Source of the DNA: a virus
Lineage: Duplodnaviria; Caudoviricetes
IMG/VR virus record: IMGVR_UViG_3300010234_000025
Coordinates: 1-40,821 of that record
Length of the DNA: 40,821 nt
Reading direction: 5' to 3' (one strand)
The notes under the pieces are model-generated. The model was given only the letters and a program-made list of their open reading frames with translations, searched no databases and was not told the origin of the DNA. Below, one piece after another: positions 1-8,290 of this stretch (the stretch's first letter is position 1; each line of letters opens with the position of its first letter). The position numbers and the translations under genes are program-made.

Positions 1-65
1 AGTGAGGCTATTAAGAATAATGAAGTTATTGAATTTCACTAAATAAAAACAGGAGGAAAGTTTGT

Positions 66-230
66 ATGAATACTGAAATGGTGACTCTAATCGAAAGACA
101 TTTTAATGCTAAGGTTTACGAAATTAAGTACGTTGACATAGACAGTGAAACAAGTGTTGTTAGCAAGTTAAACGGTTTTAAAGGTTTTGCGGATTACGCT
201 CTGACTGTAATTAAAAATTTAACCAAATAG
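66..230 (+). CDS. Hypothetical protein, 54 aa (not in ORF track)
   Basis: AGGAGG upstream of ATG 66; open to TAG 230. Confidence 0.6.
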   Translation: MNTEMVTLIERHFNAKVYEIKYVDIDSETSVVSKLNGFKGFADYALTVIKNLTK

Positions 231-243
231 TTGCGAGGAGTTT

Positions 244-639
244 ATGAATAAAAATACAATGATTGAATTAGTTGAAGAATTAGAAAAATTAAGTGATTCT
301 AAGGCAAAAGATCAAATGATAGAACACGCCAAAAAAGGCTCTTTTCACGACTTTAGGTCGAAATCAGATTGCGGCAAAATGTATTTCTTAAAGTGTGCTA
401 AGTGGTGCAAGGGTCAAATGATAGAATCTGATTGCAAAATAATTGACAGGCTTGAAGTGGAAATTAAAAATGGCGACTACGATGAGCCTTGCACTGTGGA
501 AGATAGGAAATTAATAGCGCAAGAGTTAAATGGGCCTGAATGTAATTTAAACCCAAAAGATAAAGAGTTTTTTGCGAAAGGTATGGGAATATCTAAAACA
601 AAAGATTCCTTTGGTAACGTGAGTTATTACGTAAAATAA
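244..639 (+). CDS. Hypothetical phage protein
   Basis: GAGGAG RBS; 131-aa ORF in a tightly packed operon. Confidence 0.8.
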   Translation: MNKNTMIELVEELEKLSDSKAKDQMIEHAKKGSFHDFRSKSDCGKMYFLKCAKWCKGQMIESDCKIIDRLEVEIKNGDYDEPCTVEDRKLIAQELNGPECNLNPKDKEFFAKGMGISKTKDSFGNVSYYVK

Positions 640-650
640 AAGGTAAGATT

Positions 651-839
651 TTGTCTAAGAAAAAGATTATTAAAAAAGAGAGTCCACTAGGTAGAGATAA
701 TAGAATTTATTTCGAGTTTGAAAATTCTGATTATTACTTATTCGTGGATAACTCTGAAAGATTAAAGCTATGCTGCATAGACGATGAGTTGGTAATAAAA
801 CCTGTAGGTGCCAATTCGGTAGTTATCACTAGTGAATAA
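651..839 (+). CDS. Hypothetical protein
   Basis: TTG start with AAGGT upstream; operon packing. Confidence 0.6.
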   Translation: MSKKKIIKKESPLGRDNRIYFEFENSDYYLFVDNSERLKLCCIDDELVIKPVGANSVVITSE

Positions 840-852
840 ATGAATTAAGAAT

Positions 853-1065
853 ATGGAGCAAATAATGAAGTGTGGTATTTATTATAACCCTGAAACAAAT
901 GGGACAGCGCTACTAAGGACTAACCCGTATTATCGGAGCATTTTAAGTCCGTGTAGATTCTTTACTCACATGGTTGTAAAACTAAATGGTGCTTCCACTG
1001 CTTTTGGTAATAAGAAACACATTAGGGCGCAATTAAAAGATTATGAGCGCATATGTAAACTATAA
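853..1065 (+). CDS. Hypothetical protein
   Basis: 70-aa ORF in operon. Confidence 0.6.
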   Translation: MEQIMKCGIYYNPETNGTALLRTNPYYRSILSPCRFFTHMVVKLNGASTAFGNKKHIRAQLKDYERICKL

Positions 1066-1081
1066 ATGATTTTGATATGCA

Positions 1082-1339
1082 ATGGAGCAACGTGTGAAAC
1101 ATGAAGAGTTGATAGAGAGGATTGCCATCACGATTTATCAGCATGAAGGTGGTTTGAGTCCCGAGGATTATTTTAACACAGTAGGGACTGACCGGAAAAA
1201 CTGGATTAACAAAATGGAGTTTCAAAAAGACAAGCTAGAACTAGTGGAACACGAGAGAGATGAGTACAGACATCAAGCCAATGAGGTTATTGATGTACTC
1301 TTAAGGCTTGGCGTAATTGAAATAAAAACAATAAAATAA
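1082..1339 (+). CDS. Hypothetical protein
   Basis: 85-aa ORF in operon. Confidence 0.7.
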   Translation: MEQRVKHEELIERIAITIYQHEGGLSPEDYFNTVGTDRKNWINKMEFQKDKLELVEHERDEYRHQANEVIDVLLRLGVIEIKTIK

Positions 1340-1399
1340 CTCGTTTTAAACAGGGGAAACCTATGAGATTAATACAATTCAAATTATTTAGGAGAGAGA

Positions 1400-1555
1400 A
1401 TGAAATGGGAAAGTGAGCTAGTGAATAAAAACGGTAGGATGGTTTGGGAGTATGGACTAAAGCACAATATTTTAATATGGCTGTCTTCTATTGTTATGAT
1501 TCTAGTGGGAGTAAGTGCTGCTTTTATGTTAAACACCTTTAGATGGACAATCTAA
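1400..1555 (+). CDS. Small membrane protein, 51 aa (not in track)
   Basis: AGGAG RBS; hydrophobic stretch ILIWLSSIVMILVGVSAAFML. Confidence 0.65.
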   Translation: MKWESELVNKNGRMVWEYGLKHNILIWLSSIVMILVGVSAAFMLNTFRWTI

Positions 1556-1680
1556 TTTAGAATATTAGAAAACCAAGAGGGTAAGTTGATTAAGCAGAAG
1601 TAGCCTTACCTGAAAGTACAACTGCGAGGGTGGCAACCTAAAAGATGAATAGCCATTTTAATTTAGAATGTGAGGTAAAG

Positions 1681-1764
1681 GTGGATATATGGTTGGTTGT
1701 AATAGGTTTATTGATAGGATTCGGCATGGGCGCATACTATATCTGTTGGAGAATTTTTAAATGA
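1681..1764 (+). CDS. Small hydrophobic peptide, 27 aa (not in track)
   Basis: GAGGT RBS, GTG start; stop overlaps the next start (ATGA). Confidence 0.5.
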   Translation: MDIWLVVIGLLIGFGMGAYYICWRIFK

Positions 1765-2042
1765 AAAGCAGAAATAGAATTAGTGATTCAAGATATTATG
1801 GAGTTACTGAAGAATTAAGACCAGTCATAAAGATAAGCCATAAGGATTTGGATGGGGCCTTGGGTTGGACTCTAGATTATCCTTCTTTTGAAATGGGATA
1901 TATTTGTGGTATGAAAAATCCGAATTTTGAAACTGTTAAAAAATCACTAGAAGTAATGAAGAGATACGGTGATTTAAACAAGAAAGAGCAAGAGATAGTA
2001 ATGCTTGTGATAGATGGTATGAAGGCAAGATATGAGATTTAA
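1761..2042 (+). CDS. Hypothetical protein
   Basis: 93-aa ORF overlapping the recombinase start. Confidence 0.7.
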   Translation: MKSRNRISDSRYYGVTEELRPVIKISHKDLDGALGWTLDYPSFEMGYICGMKNPNFETVKKSLEVMKRYGDLNKKEQEIVMLVIDGMKARYEI

Positions 2043-2904
2043 ACAATTAGCATATAAATACCTAGACGATTTGATAGGTGTAAAAAAGACAACCATTAAG
2101 ACTTATACCAATTGCATTGATACGCATTTAATCCCACGCATCGGAAATCATGTAATATCTGATATTAATAGATCCGATGCCATGAGAATTATTTCAAGTA
2201 TGCAATCACTGGATAAAAAACCTTCTACGATCAATAAAGTTATGGTTATTTTAAAAACAATTCTAACCTATGCTATTGACTTAGATATTATCGAAACGAT
2301 GCCTATAACTAAGATTAAAGAGCTTAGAGTTGATAATAAAGATTTCTCTTATTGGAACGAATTAGAGGCTAAAGATTTTCTTAATAAAGTAAAGGGCCAT
2401 AAACTTTATCACATAATTAAATTTGGTATGAATACAGGCTTAAGACGTGGTGAGATGTGTGGCCTCTTATGGAGAAATGTCAAAGAAAACAACGGAAATT
2501 TAGAGCTAGAATTTAATGAGCAAATGTTGCCAGGGCGCGAACGTGGAACGGTTAAAGGCTTTACTAGTAGGTTCGTTCCATTATCTCCCGAAGCTCAGTC
2601 AGTATTAAAAGAGATTGGCCGTAAAGATGATAATGATTATGTATTCATGCTCCCGAGTGGAAAAACTATAGAACCTAATTGGTTATCGAATGAGTTTAGA
2701 TTACTCCAAAAAGAGTTAGGTATTAAAAACAGTATTAAATTTCACGGCTTAAGGCATACTTTTGCGTCGATATTGACTTCCAAGGGTGTTAATCTACAGA
2801 AAATTCAACACTTGCTAGGTCATCGAGATAGTAAGACCACTGAAAGATATTCACACTTAAACCAAGACGATTTGCGAAATACGGTTGGTGTAGTATCGTT
2901 TTAA
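2032..2904 (+). CDS. int: Tyrosine recombinase / phage integrase
   Basis: Catalytic motifs TGLRRGE, HGLRH, HLLGH and TTERY; N-terminal core-binding domain. Confidence 0.95.
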   Translation: MRFKQLAYKYLDDLIGVKKTTIKTYTNCIDTHLIPRIGNHVISDINRSDAMRIISSMQSLDKKPSTINKVMVILKTILTYAIDLDIIETMPITKIKELRVDNKDFSYWNELEAKDFLNKVKGHKLYHIIKFGMNTGLRRGEMCGLLWRNVKENNGNLELEFNEQMLPGRERGTVKGFTSRFVPLSPEAQSVLKEIGRKDDNDYVFMLPSGKTIEPNWLSNEFRLLQKELGIKNSIKFHGLRHTFASILTSKGVNLQKIQHLLGHRDSKTTERYSHLNQDDLRNTVGVVSF

Positions 2905-2923
2905 ATAAACTTTGTAGGTATAT

Positions 2924-3124
2924 ATGGACTTAGAGAAAGTAAAAGTAGAGATATTTAGAACTAATGGTCAGGGAGTTAATGAAAACTCAAGGGGTGTTAG
3001 GATTTCTTATCCACTGGATTTTGGAGGGAGTATTAGTGTTACCTATACTACGTTCAAAACTCTGCCTGAGAATAAAAAACACGCCTTAAGAGAACTTAAG
3101 AAGTATTTAGATAAAACTGAGTAG
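2924..3124 (+). CDS. Mini peptide-chain-release-factor-like protein (RF-1 domain 3 only, degenerate GGQ)
   Basis: VEIFRTNGQGVN..SRGVRI...ENKKHALRELKKYL aligns by eye with RF/ArfB IDTFRxSGxGGQxVNxxxSAVRI...xNxxxALxxLxxxL. Confidence 0.7.
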   Translation: MDLEKVKVEIFRTNGQGVNENSRGVRISYPLDFGGSISVTYTTFKTLPENKKHALRELKKYLDKTE

Positions 3125-3130
3125 GTATGT

Positions 3131-3436
3131 ATGGAAAAATTAGATGAAGAATTTCAGGATATTCTATTAATAGAGGCGATTGAATACATCAATGCGGTCA
3201 GACCTTTGCTAGAGAACATAAATGAATGTTTTGAATTATGCCCAGATGGTTTTCTTGAATTGAAGGATGATAACGATTTAGGGAGTTATTGTCAGGAATT
3301 TGTTGGTGAAAGCCAAGATTATGAAAGATTTGCCATGCTTTTCCATAAAGCTCAATACAGCCGATTTAAAGAAAAATATGGTGAAAAAACACTTGATGAG
3401 TATATGAAATTTAAGGCAAGAATTTACACTTTATAA
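3131..3436 (+). CDS. Hypothetical acidic protein
   Basis: 101-aa ORF, AGGT RBS. Confidence 0.75.
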   Translation: MEKLDEEFQDILLIEAIEYINAVRPLLENINECFELCPDGFLELKDDNDLGSYCQEFVGESQDYERFAMLFHKAQYSRFKEKYGEKTLDEYMKFKARIYTL

Positions 3437-3450
3437 AACAGAGGCGACTA

Positions 3451-3579
3451 ATGAGTGAAAAAGAATTTACAGAGATTAAAAAACTGTTAGAAGAAATTAA
3501 TAATTGTAGAACTAAAGCGCATAGAAATATCTTAATTAATATGATTGAAGAAATACTATTGAAGCACGTAGCAACATAA
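3451..3579 (+). CDS. Hypothetical protein, 42 aa (not in track)
   Basis: GAGG RBS; MSEKEFTEIKKLLEE...; fills the operon gap. Confidence 0.55.
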   Translation: MSEKEFTEIKKLLEEINNCRTKAHRNILINMIEEILLKHVAT

Positions 3580-3597
3580 GGGAATGGAGTAGTAAAT

Positions 3598-3780
3598 ATG
3601 ATTGAAACCGTAGCTATTGGCTTGTTTATATTATTATTTTTACTTGCAGGTCTTTGTGTACCACCGTCAGGGTTAGATAAATTCAGAGGCAAGCATCGGA
3701 GGTTTTTAAAATTTAGCAATACTGGTTTTGGCAGAACGAAACTGACAAAAAAGGCTTGGTTTAATTGGATAAGGAAATGA
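3598..3780 (+). CDS. Small membrane-anchored basic protein
   Basis: GGAG RBS; N-terminal hydrophobic helix. Confidence 0.65.
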   Translation: MIETVAIGLFILLFLLAGLCVPPSGLDKFRGKHRRFLKFSNTGFGRTKLTKKAWFNWIRK

Positions 3781-3792
3781 GCGAGAATATTT

Positions 3793-3972
3793 ATGAGTAA
3801 ATGTAAATGCTGCGATAGTAGTATGATGAAAAAAATAGAAAAAGATTTAGGCATAAAGATATATTCCATTAAATATTATTCCCCAAAGTGTGGCACTGCC
3901 ATAGAGTCAAAAAAGAATACTTTAAAGGGCATAGGTTTTTATAAATGGGTTAAATCTTTAGGTCGCAAATAA
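3793..3972 (+). CDS. Hypothetical protein, 59 aa, degenerate Zn-ribbon-like (not in track)
   Basis: MSKCKCCDS...YSPKCG; fills the operon gap. Confidence 0.5.
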   Translation: MSKCKCCDSSMMKKIEKDLGIKIYSIKYYSPKCGTAIESKKNTLKGIGFYKWVKSLGRK

Positions 3973-4002
3973 AAGAGATGATTATATAACATTGGAGGAA
4001 AT

Positions 4003-4215
4003 ATGATTAATGAGAGCTATTTAACATTTATTGAGATCTGCAAAAAACCAGGAGTTTATGTGGATAAGAAAGCGAATCTTGTTATAAAAATAAAAGGTAA
4101 CAAAGCCTACACAAAAAGTCGCAATGGTAAATGGGAAGAGAAATATAGCCCAGTAAACATGGTGAATAAAGCAAGGTTTTTAAAGTACAGCGAGAAGCAA
4201 GCAAGAGGTGTTTAA
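4003..4215 (+). CDS. Hypothetical protein
   Basis: GGAGG RBS. Confidence 0.75.
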   Translation: MINESYLTFIEICKKPGVYVDKKANLVIKIKGNKAYTKSRNGKWEEKYSPVNMVNKARFLKYSEKQARGV

Positions 4216-4595
4216 CAAAGTAAATGCCAAGCCTCCTTATATTTATTCCACTTAGATAGCTTACCATTTGGAAAGAGAGTAATTTTCTTGATCTTAGTTA
4301 CTAGGTCTATTGGTATTATGTACCAAAGATTAATGCAGTTTATATAACAGGCGATAAAATGCACTTCTTTAGATGTGTAGCTAACCTTATCTTTATTACC
4401 TCTACTAATATTAAAGCCAAAGCAATGGCCCTTGGAGAAGTTACCTTTAACCTGGATCTTTTTAATATCAGGTCCAGAGTCAAAGAGTACGTCATAAACA
4501 GTATTGTTATTTACAGGGCTTGCAGTTATAAAACCTAATCGACTCGCTGCAAGATGAAAGGCTATTTCAGCTATATCACCAGATTTAGCACGCAT
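4212..4595 (-). CDS. PD-(D/E)XK endonuclease, group I intron-associated (PDDEXK_5-like) family
   Basis: GDIAE...YDVLFD...KIQVK...YTSKEVHFIACY...WYIIP pattern. Confidence 0.85.
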   Translation of the reverse strand: MRAKSGDIAEIAFHLAASRLGFITASPVNNNTVYDVLFDSGPDIKKIQVKGNFSKGHCFGFNISRGNKDKVSYTSKEVHFIACYINCINLWYIIPIDLVTKIKKITLFPNGKLSKWNKYKEAWHLLC

Positions 4596-4683
4596 AATTA
4601 ATTATTGGGTATTACTAGAATTTAATCAATAAACTAAAAAAGTCGGTTGAAGTGAGTTTGTAATGGTTAAATAATTAACTATG
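4593..4683. promoter_or_regulatory. Divergent sigma70-like promoters, both apparently leaderless
   Basis: Minus strand: TTGATT(4629-4624)-N17-AATAAT(4606-4601)-TAATT-ATG. Plus strand: TTGAAG(4647-4652)-N17-AATAAT(4670-4675)-TAACT-ATG. Confidence 0.6.
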
Positions 4684-5031
4684 AAAGTAAACCCAATTAA
4701 GTATTACTGCGAGCTTTACAATGTCCATTATGAATTTTACATAGGCATCAGCTTAAGCACTTACAATAAGATCACTTATAAAAAATATGGATATAATTTA
4801 ATAGATGACCTTAGTATTAGGGGCCATTGCTCTTATTGTGTAGATAAGAGTAAAAACTTTATAATATCAATTTGGGTGCCAGATAAGAAAGATCTAAGCG
4901 CGGTAGTACATGAGTGCGTACATGCTGCTAATTTCACCTTAGAAAGTAGAGGCGTTAAACCCTGCTTTGATAATGATGAGCCACAAGCCTACTTAGTACA
5001 GTTAATATTTAACAAAGCTACTAAAAAGTAG
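4681..5031 (+). CDS. HExxH zinc-metallopeptidase-like phage protein
   Basis: VVHECVHAA followed by DEPQAYL. Confidence 0.7.
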   Translation: MKVNPIKYYCELYNVHYEFYIGISLSTYNKITYKKYGYNLIDDLSIRGHCSYCVDKSKNFIISIWVPDKKDLSAVVHECVHAANFTLESRGVKPCFDNDEPQAYLVQLIFNKATKK

Positions 5032-5683
5032 GGAATGAATTAACTACTATATTAATTGGATGCATTGACTGGCGTGACCATAAGAAGTAATTTAAAAACC
5101 CCATAGTGTGACTAGTGCCTACATACTCATTGGCCCACTTGCATAGCTTCTCAGTTATAGGCATCTCTCTACCAAACCATTGAACAAAGCGTAGGTTTCT
5201 ACCACTTGCCTGCCCTGGTGAATTTGTTATGCAAGAGATGAAAGCAAATACTGCTACCAGCATTTGAGGGAATAATAGATATTTAACTTTAGGATATTTG
5301 CAAAGCATTAAGAATGGGATCACATCATAGAACCTAAACCAAGTTTGCTTTGTAATTATTTCTAGCTTACCTAGATTCTCTTTAAACCCATATCTATAAC
5401 AAGCAGCAGCTACAGCTACGGACTCATCTAAACTAAATGAGTCGTTATTATCATGGTCATTTGTTCTATATCTTAAGTCAGGTTGGGTACTCCACTTATT
5501 TTTAATTAATTGTTTTAAGTGTGCTAACGTGTCAAAGTCTAGCTGCCCTGCCATTTCTAGAAGAAAGGCATATTCAACATTAAATAATGTAGGGTTTTCG
5601 CTTCTAAGTTCCCAGTACATGGCCTTGATGTTGCCATCAGTATCTATAAACTTATCCTCTACTCCTGCCCATCGACTTGTCAT
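5021..5683 (-). CDS. Hypothetical protein, 220 aa (start revised to MTSRW)
   Basis: AAAGGA RBS before ATG 5683; this start avoids overlap with rusA. Confidence 0.75.
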   Translation of the reverse strand: MTSRWAGVEDKFIDTDGNIKAMYWELRSENPTLFNVEYAFLLEMAGQLDFDTLAHLKQLIKNKWSTQPDLRYRTNDHDNNDSFSLDESVAVAAACYRYGFKENLGKLEIITKQTWFRFYDVIPFLMLCKYPKVKYLLFPQMLVAVFAFISCITNSPGQASGRNLRFVQWFGREMPITEKLCKWANEYVGTSHTMGFLNYFLWSRQSMHPINIVVNSFPTF

Positions 5684-5732
5684 ATTAAATCCTTTTGATT
5701 TAAACTCTATCTTAATACACTGGAAAAATGAA

Positions 5733-6119
5733 ATGACCGTAATATTTAACGAATACATAGAGCTTGCGCCTGTTGCGAAGGCCCGACCTAGAGTAACTAG
5801 GCGCAATACATATACGCCTGAGAAAACTAAGCTATTTGAAGCAGGGGTAATTAATCTAGTAAGGCGAGCCTATAAGAGTGGGCCAGTATCAAACCCATTG
5901 GCCGTGACAATTAATCTTTATTTACCTAGGCCTAAAAAACCTTCTTCTCATTATCCGATAGTAAGGCCAGATATAGATAATTACGCTAAAGCGATCATGG
6001 ACGCATGTAACCATATTTTATGGGTGGATGATAGCCAGATAATAACCTTGCATAGTTCCAAAAGATATGACTACGAGGGTAGTCCAGGTTTTCAGTTATA
6101 TGTTGAAACAATTGAATAG
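5733..6119 (+). CDS. rusA: RusA-family Holliday junction resolvase (start revised)
   Basis: PVAKARPR...PDIDNYAKAIMDACN.ILWVDDSQI. Confidence 0.92.
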   Translation: MTVIFNEYIELAPVAKARPRVTRRNTYTPEKTKLFEAGVINLVRRAYKSGPVSNPLAVTINLYLPRPKKPSSHYPIVRPDIDNYAKAIMDACNHILWVDDSQIITLHSSKRYDYEGSPGFQLYVETIE

Positions 6120-6161
6120 ATAAGAGATAACATAGTATGTCGATTAAATGGACACAAAAAA

Positions 6162-6662
6162 ATGAATGACTTAACGCAAAAAAAGAAAGCACCAAAAAAG
6201 CGCAAAAGAAAGTACGACAAATTAGGTCAACCACCTAAATATAAAAAAGAGTACTGCGCTGAATTAATTAATTATTTCGCTTCAAGGGAAAGGACTCGTG
6301 AAGTAGAGGTAAAGACAATAGATAGAAATGGTATAGAGCATGTATCACATAAAGTAGAACCTATTGGACCGCCTACAATTATGGGGTTTGCAATAGAGTT
6401 AGGAGTAGCTAGGAGCACCTTATACTTGTGGGCAGATGAATATAAAGAATTTAGCGTAGCTATGGAGATGGCCAAAGATATTCAAGGTGAGCATATTGTG
6501 CAAAACAGTATGGAAGGTAAAAGTCCTACAGCGTTTTCTATCTTTATGATGAAGAATAATCATGGTTGGACTGATAGGATAGAACAGAAAACAGAAGTAA
6601 CAGCTAAGTTAGAAGATATAATTGGAGGATCATTTGCAGAAGATAATAAACCCAAAGAGTAA
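6162..6662 (+). CDS. Terminase small subunit
   Basis: GQPPKY...PTIMGFAIELGVARSTLYLWA..EFS...IFMMKNNHGWTDR. Confidence 0.88.
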   Translation: MNDLTQKKKAPKKRKRKYDKLGQPPKYKKEYCAELINYFASRERTREVEVKTIDRNGIEHVSHKVEPIGPPTIMGFAIELGVARSTLYLWADEYKEFSVAMEMAKDIQGEHIVQNSMEGKSPTAFSIFMMKNNHGWTDRIEQKTEVTAKLEDIIGGSFAEDNKPKE

Positions 6663-6942
6663 ACTACATCTAGTCGGCCATTCACATAAAGAAGGTAAGT
6701 CTAGGTTTATAAATGATTTCGAGGAATGGAAGCTAGACATAGGTAATCCTCTACCTAGTGCAAAAGAAGCATGGGATTATCAACACGGCATAGCTAACCA
6801 GATGAAAATGCGAGCATTAGGCACTGCTAAGGTCTTAGAAGAATTACGCGGTGTAGTGCAAGAGCAGGATAAATTCATTAAAGAGCAGATTGAAATTATT
6901 GCAAAACTTGAAAATAAGAATAAACTGCTAGAAAATAACTAA
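6622..6942 (+). CDS. Hypothetical coiled-coil protein
   Basis: 106-aa ORF; start uncertain (possibly the downstream TTG after GGAGG). Confidence 0.65.
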   Translation: MEDHLQKIINPKSKLHLVGHSHKEGKSRFINDFEEWKLDIGNPLPSAKEAWDYQHGIANQMKMRALGTAKVLEELRGVVQEQDKFIKEQIEIIAKLENKNKLLENN

Positions 6943-7035
6943 GTGAAAGATAATAAATATATATTGTTATTTATAGATGTGGCGATTGCTGTAACTTTAC
7001 TAGCGGCCATTCAACTCCTTTTTAAAGTGTTTTAA
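6943..7035 (+). CDS. Small hydrophobic peptide, 30 aa (not in track)
   Basis: GTG start abutting the previous stop; one predicted transmembrane helix. Confidence 0.4.
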   Translation: MKDNKYILLFIDVAIAVTLLAAIQLLFKVF

Positions 7036-7037
7036 AT

Positions 7038-7457
7038 ATGGCAAATGATTCTATAAGCGCACCGGATCTATCAGCACAAGCAGGTGATAAGAAGCGCATT
7101 ACTGGTACTAATAACGCAGGTGAAACTAAGCGCGGCTTAGATGTCTCTATTTTAAACACTCCTATTAATGTGGAAGTAGATCCAGCTACAGAAGGATTGC
7201 CCACTAGGTTAAGCTTATCGGCTACAACTGAAACAGATCATACTTTAACTACAAATGTAAAAAGCGTAATTTTAAAGAGTACAGCTTTAACAGACGTTAG
7301 ATTGGCCTTCTCTAGTGGAGGTACTACATCTGGTGATTACTTCACTCTAGATGCTGGTACAAATATTTGCTTATCTGGTTTATCATTCGGTGGTAAGATA
7401 CTTTATGTTAGGGCAGATTCAGCTACAACTCTAGAGATATTAGAATTACATTCATAG
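7038..7457 (+). CDS. Putative virion structural protein (Thr/Ser-rich beta protein)
   Basis: Composition and C-terminal beta-sandwich-like pattern. Confidence 0.6.
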   Translation: MANDSISAPDLSAQAGDKKRITGTNNAGETKRGLDVSILNTPINVEVDPATEGLPTRLSLSATTETDHTLTTNVKSVILKSTALTDVRLAFSSGGTTSGDYFTLDAGTNICLSGLSFGGKILYVRADSATTLEILELHS

Positions 7458-7470
7458 TCATGGAGGGCTT

Positions 7471-8100
7471 ATGATTACATTACATAGAATTGACTCATCA
7501 CTTCATAGCATTGAAGTCAAAACAGCAGCAGGGCAGGCCCTTACTATAGATGGTAGTGGGTATTTAACTGTTAATGGAAATGGCACGTTTACCGTAGCTG
7601 CTACCGATTTAGATATTAGAGATCTTGCGAGTTCTCAGGACAATGTAGAGATCCGTACTGCAGCAGGTCAAGCATTAACTATTGATGGCTCAGGGTTTTT
7701 AACTGTTAATGGTAACGGTACATTTACTGTAGCCGCAACAGATTTAGACATTAGAGATCTAACCCAAACAGATGAAATTACAGCATACCAAGGCGGTGCA
7801 TGGGCAGTCACACTTGATAATATCTCATCATGGGAAAATACAAGTGAAACTGTAACTAGTACAGCAGCAGAAGTAGTAGCAACGCCTTTAGCTAATAGAA
7901 ATAAAATGCTACTTCAAAACGTAGGAAATCAAGATGCTTACCTAGGCCCTGATAATACAGTTACTTCAACAGGTGCTACGCAAGGGATAGTACTTCCCAA
8001 AGGTAGTAGCTTTGAGATAGGCTTTGATAGTACAGCAGATATTTATGCTATAACTGGAAGTGGATCTACCACCCTAATTGTGAGTGAGTTTGCAAACTAA
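7471..8100 (+). CDS. Putative virion fibre/decoration protein with 45-aa internal repeat
   Basis: GGAGG RBS; TAAGQALTIDGSGxLTVNGNGTFTVAATDLDIRDL occurs twice. Confidence 0.7.
   Translation: MITLHRIDSSLHSIEVKTAAGQALTIDGSGYLTVNGNGTFTVAATDLDIRDLASSQDNVEIRTAAGQALTIDGSGFLTVNGNGTFTVAATDLDIRDLTQTDEITAYQGGAWAVTLDNISSWENTSETVTSTAAEVVATPLANRNKMLLQNVGNQDAYLGPDNTVTSTGATQGIVLPKGSSFEIGFDSTADIYAITGSGSTTLIVSEFAN
7522..7761 (+). repeat. Coding tandem repeat, period 135 nt
   Basis: Units start at 7522 and 7657; differences are mostly synonymous. Confidence 0.9.
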
Positions 8101-8290
8101 TGACTATAAAAATTACCTAGCTTTAAAAGCAGTAATTAACCAAGGCAAGTTTGAAATACAAGGTGAGGCTATCGTAACGGTAGCTTCACTTCTATCATGG
8201 TACGACAAGCTAGAGCCAAAATTTAAAAGTAACGAGATTAATAAGCCAATAATTAAAAAAGATGTGATTAAAAAGGATAGTAAAGCCTAA
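8084..8290 (+). CDS. Hypothetical protein (possible fibre assembly chaperone)
   Basis: Overlaps both neighbouring genes; function inferred from position only. Confidence 0.55.
   Translation: MSLQTNDYKNYLALKAVINQGKFEIQGEAIVTVASLLSWYDKLEPKFKSNEINKPIIKKDVIKKDSKA

Noticed and set aside
4212-4680. Group I intron or tRNA next to the PD-(D/E)XK nuclease
   Set aside because: No interrupted gene, intron core or cloverleaf seen
5529-5806. Apparent long antisense overlap between rusA and the 261-aa ORF
   Set aside because: The overlap disappears when the starts are moved to 5733 and 5683
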